Of a stretch of 64,000 nucleotides of DNA, positions 40,301 to 53,035 are shown one piece after another. Every line of letters begins with the position of its first letter. Positions within the stretch are counted from its first letter, which is position 1. The notes beneath the pieces were generated by a model. The model was not told where the DNA came from. It worked only from the letters and a program-made list of their open reading frames with translations, and did not search any database. The translations under genes and the position numbers were made by a program. Source of the stretch: Eledone cirrhosa (lineage: Eukaryota). The stretch covers positions 364,436,001 through 364,500,000 of the forward strand of contig OZ024740.1 of NCBI GenBank assembly GCA_964016885.1. The letters are read 5' to 3'.

Positions 40301-43300
40301 TGTGGGTCTACTGTGGGATATATTAGTACTGGTTTGGTAGTGTGGTTATACTGTGGGATGCATTAGCACTGATTTGGTAGTGTGGGTCTACTGTGGGATG
40401 TATTAGTACTGGTTTGATAGTGTGGGTCTACTGTGGCATACATTAGTACTGGTTTGGTAGTGTGGTTGTATTGTGGGATGTATTAGTACTGATTTGGTAG
40501 TGTGGTTCTATTGTGGGATGTATTAGTACTGGTTTGGTAGTGTGGGTCTACTGTGGGATGTATTAGTACTGGTTTGGTAGTGTAGGTCTACTGTGGGATA
40601 CATTAGTACTGGTTTGGTAGTGTGGTTCTATTGTGGGATGTATTACTACTGGTTTGGTAGTGTAGGTCTACTGTGGGATACATTAGTACTGGTTTGGTAG
40701 TGTGTGTCTACTGTGGGATATATTAGTACTGGTTTGGTAGTGTGGGTCTACTGTGGGATGTATTAGTACTGGTTTGATAGTGTGGGTCTACTGTGGGATG
40801 TATTAGTACTGGTTTGATAGTGTGGGTCTACTGTGGGATGTATTAGTACTGGTTTGGTAGTGTGGTTCTATTGTGGGATGTATTAGAACTGGTTTGGTAG
40901 TGTGGGTCTATTGTGGGATGTATTAGTACTGATTTGGTAGTGTGGGTCTACTGTGGGATGTATTAGTACTGGTTTGGTAGTGTGGTTCTATTGTGGGATG
41001 TATTAGTACTGGTTTGGTAGTGTGGGTCTATTGTGGGATGTATTAGTACGGATTTGGTAGTGTGGGTCTACTGTGGGATGTATTAGTACTAGTTTGGTAG
41101 TGTGGATCTATTGTGGGATACATTAGTACTGGTTTGATAGTGTGGGTCTACTGTGGGATGTATTAGTACTGATTTGATAGTGTGGTTGTATTGTGGGATG
41201 TATTAGTACTGGTTTGGTAGTGTGGTTCTATTGTGGGATGTATTAGTACTGGTTTGGTAGTGTGGGTCTACTGTGGGATATATTAGTACTGGTTTGGTAG
41301 TGTGGTTCTACTGTGGGATACATTAGTACTGGTTTGGTAGTGTGGTTCTATTGTGGGATACAATAGTACTGGTTTGGTAGTGTGGTTCTACTGTGGGATA
41401 CATTAGTACTGGTTTGGTAGTGTGGGTCTACTGTGGGATACAATAGTACTGGTTTGGTAGTGTGGGTCTACTGTGGGATACATTAGTACTGGTTTGGTAG
41501 TGTGGGTCTATTGTGGGATACATTAGTACTGGTTTGGTAATGTGGGTCTACTGTGGGATACATTAGTACTGGTTTGGTAGTGTGGTTCTATTGTGGGATA
41601 CATTAGTACTGGTTTGGTAGTGTGGGTCTACTGTGGGATACATTAGTACTGGTTTGGTAGTGTGGTTCTATTGTGGGATACATTAGTACTGGTTTGGTAG
41701 TGTGGGTCTACTGTGGGATATATTAGTACTGGTTTGATAGTGTGGTTCTACTGTGGGATGCATTAGTACTGATTTGGTAGTGTGGTTCTATTGTGGGATG
41801 TATTAGTACTGATTTGGTAGTGTGGGTCTACTGTGGGATACATTAGTAGTGGTTTGGTAGTGTGGGTCTACTGTGGGATACATTAGTACTGGTTTGGTAG
41901 TGTGGGTCTACTGTGGGATGTATTAGTACTGGTTTGGTAGTGTGGGTCTACTGTGGGATGTATTAGTACTGGTTTGGTAGTGTGGGTCTGCTGTGGGATA
42001 CATTAGTACTGGTTTGGTAGTGTGGTTCTATTGTGGGATATATTAGTACTGGTTTGGTAGTGTGGTTCTATTGTGGGATGTATTAGTACTGGTTTGCTAG
42101 TGTGGTTCTATCGTGGGATATATTAGTACTGGTTTGGTAGTGTGGTTCTATTGTGGGATATATTAGTACTGGTTTGATAGTGTGGGTCTACTGTGGGATA
42201 TATTAGTACTGGTTTGGTAGTGTGGTTATACTGTGGGATGCATTAGCACTGATTTGGTAGTGTGGGTCTACTGTGGGATGTATTAGTACTGGTTTGATAG
42301 TGTGGGTCTACTGTGGCATACATTAGTACTGGTTTGGTAGTGTGGTTGTATTGTGGGATGTATTAGTACTGATTTGATAGTGTGGGTCTACTGTGGGATG
42401 TATTAGTACTGGTTTGGTAGTGTAGGTCTACTGTGGGATACATTAGTACTGGTTTGGTAGTGTGGTTCTATTGTGGGATGTATTACTACTGGTTTGGTAG
42501 TGTAGGTCTACTGTGGGATACATTAGTACTGGTTTGGTAGTGTGTGTCTACTGTGTGATATATTAGTACTGGTTTGGTAGTGTGCGTCTACTGTGGGATG
42601 TATTAGTACTGGTTTGGTAGTGTGGGTCTACTGTGGGATGTATTAGTACTGGTTTGGTAGTGTGGGTCTACTGTGGGATGTATTAGTACTGGTTTGGTAG
42701 TGTGTGTCTACTGTGGGATACAATAGTACTGGTTTGGTAGTGTGGGTCTACTGTGGGATACATTAGTACTGGTTTGGTAGTGTGGGTCTACTGTGGGATA
42801 CATTAGTACTGGTTTGGTAGTGTGTGTCTACTGTGGGATACAATAGTACTGGTTTGGTAGTGTGGGATACATTAGTACTGGTTTGGTAGTGTAGGTCTAC
42901 TGTGGGATGTATTAGTACTGGTTTGGTAGTGTGGTTCTACTGTGGGATGTATTAGTACTGGTTTGGTAGTGTGGTTCTATTGTGGGATGTATTAGTACTG
43001 GTTTGGTAGTGTGGTTCTATTGTGGGATGTATTAGTACTGATTTGGTAGTGTGGTTCTATTGTGGGATGTATTAGTACTGGTTTGGTAGTGTGGGTCTAC
43101 TGTGGGATGTATAATACTGGTTTGGTAGTGTGGGTCTACTGTGGGATACATTAGTACTGATTTGGTAGTGTGGTTCTATTGTGGGATGTATTAGTACTTG
43201 TTTGGTAGTGTGGTTCTATTGTGGGATGTATTAGTACTGGTTTGGTAGTGTGGGTCTACTGTGAGACACATTAGTACTGGTTTGGTAGTGTGGGTCTACT

Positions 43301-46300
43301 GTGGGATACATTAGTACTGGTTTGGTAGTGTGGGTCTACTGTGGCATACATTAGTACTGGTTTGGTAGTGTGGTTGTATTGTGGGATGTATTAGTACTGA
43401 TTTGGTAGTGTGGTTCTATTGTGGGATGTATTAGTACTGGTTTGGTAGTGTGGGTCTACTGTGGGATGTATTAGTACTGGTTTGGTAGTGTAGGTCTACT
43501 GTGGGATACATTAGTACTGGTTTGGTAGTGTGGTTCTATTGTGGGATGTATTACTACTGGTTTGGTAGTGTAGGTCTACTGTGGGATACATTAGTACTGG
43601 TTTGGTAGTGCGTGTCTACTGTGGGATATATTAGTACTGGTTTGGTAGTGTGCGTCTACTGTGGGATGTATTAGTACTGGTTTGGTAGTGTGGGTCTACT
43701 GTGGGATGTATTAGTACTGGTTTGGTAGTGTGGGTCTACTGTGGGATGTATTAGTACTGGTTTGGTAGTGTGTGTCTACTATGGGATACAATAGTACTGG
43801 TTTGGTAGTGTGGGTCTACTGTGGGATACATTAGTACTGGTTTGGTAGTGTGGGTCTACTGTGGGATACGTTAGTACTGGTTTGGTAGTGTGTGTCTACT
43901 GTGGGATACAATAGTACTGGTTTGGTAGTGTGGGTCTACTGTGGGATACATTAGTACTGGTTTGGTAGTGTAGGTCTACTGTGGGATGTATTAGTACTGG
44001 TTTGGTAGTGTGGTTCTACTGTGGGATGTATTAGTACTGGTTTGGTAGTGTAGGTCTACTGTGGGATACATTAGTACTGGTTTGGTAGTGTGGTTCTATT
44101 GTGGGATGTATTAGTACTGGTTTGGTAGTGTGGTTCTATTGTGGGATGTATTAGTACTGGTTTGGTAGTGTGGTTCTATTGTGGGATGTATTAGTACTGG
44201 TTTGGTAGTGTGGTTCTATTGTGGGATGTATTAGTACTGATTTGGTAGTGTGGTTCTATTGTGGGATGTATTAGTACTGGTTTGGTAGTGTGGGTCTACT
44301 GTGGGATGTATTAGTACTGGTTTGGTAGTGTGGGTCTACTGTGGGATACATTAGTACTGATTTGGTAGTGTGGTTCTATTGTGGGATGTATTAGTACTTG
44401 TTTGGCAGTGTGGTTCTATTGTGGGATGTATTAGTACTGGTTTGGTAGTGTGGGTCTACTGTGAGACACATTAGTACTGGTTTGGTAGTGTGGGTCTACT
44501 GTGGGATACATTAGTACTGGTTTGGTAGTGTGGTTCTATTGTGGGATGTATTAGTACTGGTTTGGTAGTGTGGTTCTACTGTGGGATGTATTAGTACTGG
44601 TTTGGTAGTGTGGGTCTACTGTGGGATGTATTAGTACTGGTTTGGTAGTGTGGTTCTACTGTGGGATGTATTAGTACTGGTTTGGTAGTGTGGGTCTACT
44701 GTGGGATGTATTAGTACTGGTTTGGTAGTGTGGTTCTATTGTGGGATGTATTAGTACTGGTTTGGTAGTGTGGGTCTACTGTGGGATGTATTAGTACTGG
44801 TTTGGTAGTGTGGGTCTACTGTGGGATGTATTAGTACTGATTTGGTAGTGTGGTTCTATTGTGGGATGTATTAGTACTGGTTTGGTAGTGTGGATCTACT
44901 GTGGGATACATTAGTACTGGTTTGGTAGTGTGGGTCTATTGTGGGATGTATTAGTACTGGTTTGCTAGTGTGGGTCTATTGTGGGATGTATTAGTACTGG
45001 TTTGGTAGTGTGGGTCTATTGTGGGATGTATTAGTACTGCTTTGGTAGTGTGGGTCTACTGTGGGATGTATTAGTACTGGTTTGGTAGTGTGGTTGTATT
45101 GTGGGATGTATTAGTACTGGTTTGGTAGTGTGGTTGTATTGTGGGATGTATTAGTACTGGTTTGGTAGTGTATGTCTACTGTGGGATACATTAGTACTGG
45201 TTTGGTAGTGTGGCTCTACTGTGGGATGTATTAGTACTGGTTTGGTAGTGTGGGTCTACTGTGGAATACATTAGTACTGGTTTGGTAGTGTGGTTCTATT
45301 GTGGGATGTATTAGTACTGGTTTGGTAGTGTGGGTCTACTGTGGGATACATTAGTACTGGTTTGGTAGTGTGGTTCTATTGTGGGATATATTAGTACTGG
45401 TTTGGTAGTGTGGATCTACTGTGGGATGTATTAGTACTGGTTTGGTAGTGTGGTTCTACTGTGGGATGCATTAGTACTGATTTGGTAGTGTGGGTCTACT
45501 GTGGGGTACATTAGTACTGGTTTGGTAGTGTGGTTCTATTGTGGGATGTATTAGTACTGGTTTGGTAGTGTGGGTCTACTGTAGGATGTATTAGTACTGG
45601 TTTGGTAGTGTGGTTCTATTGTGGGATGTATTAGTACTGGTTTGGTAGTGTGGGTCTATTGTGGGATGTATTAGTACTGATTTGGTAGTGTGGGTCTACT
45701 GTGGGATGTATTAGTACTGGTTTGGTAGTGTGGGTCTACTGTGGGATGTATTAGTACTGGTTTGGTAGTGTGGGTCTATTGTGGGATGTATTAGTACTGA
45801 TTTGGTAGTGTGGGTCTACTGTGGGATGTATTAGTACTGGTTTGGTAGTGTGGTTCTATTGTCGGATGTATTAGTACTGATTTGGTAGTGTTGGTGTATT
45901 GTGGGATGTATTAGTACTGATTTGGTAGTGTGGGTCTACTGTGGGATGTATTAGTACTGGTTTGGTAGTGTGGTTCTATTGTGGGATGTATTAGAACTGG
46001 TTTGGTAGTGTGGGTCTATTGTGGGATGTATTAGTACTGATTTGGTAGTGTGGGTCTACTGTGGGATGTATTAGTACTGGTTTGGTAGTGTGGTTCTATT
46101 GTGGGATGTATTAGTACTGGTTTGGTAGTGTGGGTCTATTGTGGGATGTATTAGTACTGATTTGGTAGTGTGGGTCTACTGTGGGATGTATTAGTACTAG
46201 TTTGGTAGTGTGGGTCTATTGTGGGATACATTAGTACTGGTTTGATAGTGTGGGTCTACTGTGGGATGTATTAGTACTGATTTGATAGTGTGGTTGTATT

Positions 46301-47133
46301 GTGGGATGTATTAGTACTGGTTTGGTAGTGTGGTTCTATTGTGGGATGTATTAGTACTGGTTTGGTAGTGTGGGTCTATTGTAGGATGTATTAGTACTGG
46401 TTTGGTAGTGTGGTTCTACTGTGGGATGTATTAGTACTGGTTTGGTAGTGTGGGTCTACTGTGGGATGTATTAGTACTGGTTTGGTAGTGTGGTTCTACT
46501 GTGGGATACATTAGTACTGGTTTGGTAGTGTGGGTCTACTGTGGGATGTATTAGTACTGGTTTGGTAGTGTGGGTCTACTGTGGGATACATTAGTACTGG
46601 TTTGATAGTGTGGTTCTACTGTGAGATATATTAGTACTGGTTTGGTAGTGTGGGTCTACTGTGGGATGTATTAGTACTTGTTTGGTAGTGTGGGTCTACT
46701 GTGGGATACATTAGTACTGGTTTGGTAGTGTGGGTCTACTGTGGGATATATTAGTACTGGTTTGTTAGTGTGGGTCTACTGTGGGATATATTAGTACTGG
46801 TTTGGTAGTGTGGTTCTACTGTGGGATACATTAGTACTGATTTGGTAGTGTGGTTCTACTGTGGGATATATTAGGACTGGTTTGATAGTGTCGTTCTACT
46901 GTGGGATACATTAGTACTGGTTTGGTAGTTTGGGTCTACTGTGGGATGTATTAGTACTGGTTTGGTAGTGTGGTTCTACTGTGGGATACAATAGTACTGG
47001 TTTGGTAGTGTGTGTCTACTGTGGGATACGTTAGTACTGGTTTGGTAGTGTGGGTCTACTGTGGGATACAATAGTACTGGTTTGGTAGTGTGGGTCTACT
47101 GTGGGATGTATTAGTACTGGTTTGGTAGTGTGG
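28398..47133. repeat. 40-bp tandem satellite array, ~468 units
   Basis: Consensus tgtgggtctactgtgggat(a/g)(c/t)a(a/t)tagtactggtttggtag. Register is broken only by an 11-bp deletion at ~42866 and a 1-bp deletion at ~43113. Confidence 0.99.
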
Positions 47134-47219
47134 CATTCCTGTGGCAAATCAGACTGTGTCACTCACCCTCAGAAAATAGAATGTGATTTTGGCCATCTTT
47201 TCCATCTTGATTTGTTGAT

Positions 47220-47255
<36 letters not shown>

Positions 47256-50200
47256 GTTTAACGTCCATGTTCCACGCTTGCATGGGTTTGGACGGGAATT
47301 TTCCCACCTGAGGCAAGAGTGGTTGTTTTGCTCGTATAGGACTGTCTGGCGGGTTTTCTACAGTTGGATGCCCTTCCTAACACCAACCACATTTACAATG
47401 TGGGACTGGGAGGTTTTTACCGTGTTGCCTACACGGCCACATTACCGCGTGGACTGTGTGTTTTTTGTCGTGACACCTTCACGATCTCATTTGTTTTGGC
47501 CTGGATGTTGTGGCACCAACATAACTGTACATTGAAAGGGGCGGTGTGGATGGGGTGGGGGTGGTGGGACAGCGGTGTATTTTGTTAGAGATGCCTACTG
47601 ACTGTAATAGGTTTTACTTTGTATTTAGGTAAGGCGGGTCTTCTCTATTACTGAGTGCCGCCAAAGATCTTGGTCCAGTGACATTGTCTTGGAGAGGTGT
47701 AAGTGTGTGAGGTCGGAGTTTATCTGGTCGTCCCAGGTTTTTCTGGGTCTGCCTACTCCGTGGCTACCGTCTATCTTTATTGCCCTGCACTTTTTTATAC
47801 AGCTGTCGTCTTTCATGCGCATCACGTGACCATACCAACGTAGCCTTCTCTCGAGTAAACAACATCTGATCCCTCTTATTTCTAATTTTTCCCTTAGTTC
47901 GTTTATGCTTTGCCGTTTGCGTATATTACTATTACACATCCAGCGGAGCAGGCGAGCTTCATTCCTCTCTAGTCTGTGTATATCCTCTGCACACAATGCC
48001 CAGGTCTCACTGCCATGCAACATTGCTGTTCGTATGCAGGCATCATACAGCCTGCCTTTCATTTTTAGGGAGAACCCTTTAGCGGCTAATAGTGGTATAA
48101 GCTCTCTGAACTTTTTCCATCCAGTTCTGACTCTAGCTACTGTACTTTCAGAGCACCCTCCCCCACTGCTGATTTTGTCACCCAGGTAACAGAAGCTGTC
48201 CACTATTTCTATAGAACCCTCTGCGCAATTGAAAGAGCTAGTATTTTGTGGGCACTTGCTGCTACTTATTGCACCAGAACACCGGCCTAAGGGGGCTAAG
48301 AACAGAGCCCCGATGAACACCAACTTTTACGCTAAACTCTTCACTATATTCGTTGTTAATTCTAACCTTGCTGACTGTTTCTTTATACATGGCTTGTATA
48401 GCTCTCACAAGCCATTCATTAACACCTAGTTTTCTAAGAGTCCACCAGATAATGGAACGGTGGACTCTGTCGAAGGCTTTCTCCAAGTCGACGAAAGCTA
48501 AGTATAGGGGTTTACTTTTAGCTAGGTACTTCTCCTGTAGTTGTCGTACAATGAAAAGAGCATCTGTGGTACTTTTGCCTGACACAAACCCGAACTGCAT
48601 TTCATCTAGATCGATTCTCTCTCTGATTAGTTGCGCTATTACTTTTTCCGTTACCTTCATGACCTGGTCGATTAATTTAATGCCTCTATAGTTACTCCTA
48701 TCTAGGGCGTCTCCTTTACCCTTGTAGCAGTTAATGATGATGCTGCTATGCCAGTCATTCGGAACAACCCCATTCTGTATGACTTGGTTTACTATCCGGG
48801 TGACCATGGTGTGTCCCACCGTTCCAGAGGCTTTCAGCATCTCAGCAACTATTTCCGAAAGCCCAGCCGCCTGACCCGTCTTCATATCTTTGATTGCCTT
48901 ACTTATTATACTACCTTCGACTAACACTGTTGGTCCCTCTATTGGGTTGATGTGGGGGAGACTGTCTTTCTCCCATTTATTCTCCTCAATTAGTAGCCTT
49001 TCGTAGTGACACTTCCAAGCTACCTTCTTATCAGCGTCAGTGATGGCAAGTTCGCCATCATCATTAAGTACACACTTCTCCCCGACAATACCACGGTTTT
49101 CCTTGACACATTGCCTAGCAATCCTGAACACCTCACGTTTTTGGTCCTCGCGTTGTAGAACATGCTTGAACTTTCTTTCCTCTGCTTCCCTTCTTGCGAA
49201 GTACACTTGTCTCCTAGCTTCCCTCCTGGCCACTTGATAGTCTTCTCTACTTCCCCCATCCCGCCATACTTTCCAAGCCTGCTTTTTGGCCTTAATTGAC
49301 TCCTCCACCTTACTGTTCCACCACCATGTTACTCTCCTCCTGCCTACAGGCCTGCTCCAGCCACAGACCTCGTCTGCCGCCATCAGCAGGTTTGCTTTCA
49401 GGAATTCCCACTGTTCCTCTATATTGTACGACTCTAATTGTTCTTCCTTACTGTCGAAAGCATCAAGTAATATGCTTTGAAATTTATATCTGGCTGTGGG
49501 GTCCTTTAGCTTCCATATTTTTCTCCTGAGGATAGTCCTCTTCTGCTGTCGAGTACGTCTCGTCCTGACTATGAGGTCGCTAATTATCAGTCTATGTTGG
49601 GAGGTGCATTCTTCATGGGGGAGGGATTTAGTGTTTACAACAGACACTCTGTCACGTCTTCTGGTAAGGATATAATCTACCTGGCTGGTATGTTCCCCTG
49701 ATCTGTAGGTGATCAAGTGATTGTCTCGTTTTTTGAAGTTAGTGTTACAGATAGTTAGGTTATTTGCATCACAGAATTCCAGGATTCTGGAGCCTTCCTC
49801 ATTTCTAGTACCAAACCCATAGCCTCCGTGGATTCCGTCATAGCCGTCACAATGTTGACCAACGTGGCCATTTAGGTCGCCAGCAATAATTATATAGTCA
49901 CTGTCGGTTATTTGGGAGGTAGTGAGCATCAGTGTCTCATAGAATCTGTCTTTTATAGCGCCAGGCAGTCCGGATTGGGGCGCGTATGCCGATATTACTG
50001 TCACAGTAGTTCTATTTAGAACATGTCTTATTTTAATTATTCTATCGTTTACTCTATTTACATCTATTATCTTATCTACCTATTTTTCTGCTAACATGAT
50101 TCCTACCCCACCTATCCCATTGTCATTTCCCACCCAGAAAAGCTTATAGCAACGTTTTTTACCCACAATGAATCTAGTAGACCCGCCCCTCCACCTGGTC

Positions 50201-50440
50201 TCTTGGATACAGCAAACATCGACCTCCTTACGTTAAAGCATTTCTACAACCTCGTTAGAGCGGCCTTTTTAAGGTGCCTACATTTATGGTACCAACTCTG
50301 AAGTTTTGGATTGTGTTTGGAGGATGGAGCGCAGGGATGGGTGAGGGGGATGGGGTTGGGGTTATGTTGGCCATCCGCGGCCGAAACAAAGAGGAGGGGG
50401 CCTTGATAGTCTGTTAGAAAACGTTCCTACTGAACAAGAT
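47220..50440 (-). mobile_element. Near-full-length RTE LINE (family A), inactivated
   Basis: Probable ATG at 50374, APE motifs (VGTINV, CCIQETRW, AYAP, AGDLNGHVG, VDYIL, SQHRL), RT N-half, C-terminus, 3'UTR and (GAT)n tail. Stops and a frameshift in the APE region. A ~360-bp deletion at ~48287 removes YADD and most of the PHD finger. Confidence 0.95.
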
Positions 50441-50794
50441 TTGATTTTTGTATATGTGATTCTGTGTGTTCATATGATCTCTCCCCCCCCTCTCTCTCTC
50501 TCTCTCTTATTGAGCCAATTACAAACAGTCTTGCCAGAGAAACCAGCTGTCAATACTGTTCCTGCCTCCTTTAGTGTGGTTGTGTGTGTGTGTGTGTGCG
50601 TGTGTGTGTGTATTGACAAGTTAAAACGAAACTAGGTCTTTTTATCTGCACTACCTTAGCAGGAACTTTTCCCTTTCTTCTGCTGTTGTGTGGACAGACA
50701 GAGACAGACAGACAGACAGACAGAACACAACATACAAACAACCTGGTCAAATTATTATGTCACATGTTTTAGTTAAATCAATGGTTTGTGCGTG

Positions 50795-50844
<50 letters not shown>

Positions 50845-51584
50845 ACTGTGTAAGTGAAACTGTAAGTGAAACTGTTTTCTTTGCTATCAACTTGGTGCAA
50901 CTTTGTCAATAATATTACAAAACAATGTTTGCACCTGTTTTAGATTTATGGCCAGCCTGTTGTATTCCATTGATTTTTCTCTGTGTCATTGCTTGTTGGA
51001 CTTATGTAGTTTGTCATAAACAGCATGTTGCATGTTACAGATGGGCTCACATACACTAAAACCTATCCTTTATTTTAAAGCTTTTATGAATCTATTGCCT
51101 TTGTGCTTTGATTTTGTGAACAGTTATCAGAGGTTTAATGAAACTATCTTTTAACTAAATAATAAAAGAGAAATATTTAACTACAGAAATCTAATGTTAC
51201 AGCATGTAATAATGAGATTTCAATTCAAAGTTTGAACTGAAATTTGAAGGCTTTAATTGTGATCGTTTTGGGTTGGGGTTGGCATTTAAAGGGTTGATAC
51301 TGGCTCTTTATGTTCTAAGTTCAAATCCCATTGGAGTCAACTTTGCTTTTCAGCTTTCCAATGTTGATGAAATAAAATACAAGTCAAGTTAATCGACTTT
51401 CCCATCTCCCCAAATTGCTGACGTTGTGTCTAAATCAGAAACCATTATTGTTATTATTGTTCCCTGCATTGGTTTTACATCTGTTTCTCCATGCTGGCAT
51501 ATAGGCTGGAGCCTATCCTGGTTAAGCAGTTGAGATTTTAGTTGCCTGCAAAACTAGTCCCAACTTCTGTTGGCGGTGTGCTCA

Positions 51585-51700
51585 TTTATTTCACTTGTGT
51601 GAACTGGAGCAATGTGAGCTGAAGTGTTTGCTGAAGGATACATTGCCTAGACTGGGGATCAAACATAATCTCTTGACTGTCTCAGCTATGTACCTTCACA
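51585..51700 (-). mobile_element. Degenerate tRNA-CORE-type SINE fragment
   Basis: 'aactggagcaatgtgagctgaagtgtttgctgaagga' is homologous to 19598-19640. Confidence 0.55.
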
Positions 51701-52369
51701 TACATTGCTTATCTAATATGAAATAGTTTCAGCTGAAATTTTGTAAAAAGTTCCCAATGATTTTATACAGATAAACTATATATATTTTGTGTGTATGCAT
51801 ATGAACTGTAGTTTAGCCTTGCTTGCTTTCTTAGGCCCTCAACTCCTCTGCCATTGTAACATACTGTCCATCTGTTGCAGTTACATGGTAGATCTTGGGG
51901 TTTCTGTTAAAGATTTACTTGTCCTCTCTCTCATGTTGTTCTTTCCATCTCTTTCTTTCTCTTCATCTCCACAAGTTCTTGTAGAAATGGTCAGTCTTCA
52001 TAACTACTAGAAACATGATGCTTCCACAGCATGTTAGGCATCTCTTATTTGGACCACATCACACAAAGTAGGTCTGCAAAACCATCCAGCACCACATTGG
52101 CCTCCATTAAAACCTTTTCATAGTGATGAGGAATGGAAAGTTAAATTTAGCTAAAATGAAATATTAAAAGTAAATTTTAAAAGCTTTTGCAATATCTTAA
52201 ATGAAATGTTATCATTTAAGTATATGTATTTATCACCATAAAATATGTATTTTCTTTTTATTTCCAGGAAAATATTCCAATGTGATTGTTTTACCATAGG
52301 ATGAACGATATATGGGATAAAAATTATATTGGGTAAGTTTATTTATTTATTACTGATTTCAGTCATTAA

Positions 52370-52538
52370 CTCTTTAGCATTTAAACCAGCCATATGTGGC
52401 CTGCATTCTCTCACCTTTTTCTGTTCAAACCGACTGTAACTGGCTGCTCATACTTATGTTAAGGTATTGTTCTCAAAATAAATATCAAAATCTCATCGAT
52501 TCAATATTATGTGAGATAAAGTGTTTACCGTTAAAGGG
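52370..52538. mobile_element. TTAA-flanked MITE
   Basis: TTAA|ctctttagcattt...gttaaaggg|TTAA, with a body homologous to 8788-8984. Confidence 0.75.
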
Positions 52539-52819
52539 TTAAACTGCAGCCATATTGAGACACTATTGTATGTTTTAATATTAGGGGCTCCAGTCTTATC
52601 TTGTTACCAACCATTTTTCTTGTGACAGGAGACAGAGCTTTGAACACAGAACACACACAGCCAGAACAGATATCATGCTGTTCAATGCTTTAACAACTAA
52701 TACTTTATCTGTTGTTCCTGAAAGGATGAAATACAGAGTTGACTTTGGTTGGATTTGAACTTGGAACACAGAAAGCAGGAATAAATACAGCAAGGCATTC
52801 TATGTAATGCTATATTATC

Positions 52820-53035
52820 GTGGATTGGCAGTATCGGTAGAGGATCGGATGCCGTGCTTTGCAGCATATAGTTATGGCCCTTTATGATTTAAGTTCAAAT
52901 TCCGCTGAGGTTAACTTTGCCTTTTATCCTTACGGGGTCGATAAAATAAAGTACCAGTTACACACTGGGTTCGATTTAATCGACTTTCCCCTCCCCCAAA
53001 GTTGCTGGCCCTGTGCCTATATAAGAAACCATTAT
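52820..53035 (+). mobile_element. tRNA-derived SINE (second family)
   Basis: A-box-like 'tggcagtatcgg', B-box-like 'agttcaaattcc' and body 'gccttttatccttacggggtcgataaaataaagtaccag'. Related copies at 51310-51445 (+), 52700-52800 (-) and 9480-9868 (-). Confidence 0.75.

Noticed and set aside
28398-47133. CRISPR-like or telomeric array
   Set aside because: Units are head to tail with no unique spacers and no cas genes, the context is eukaryotic, and the unit is not TTAGGG-type.
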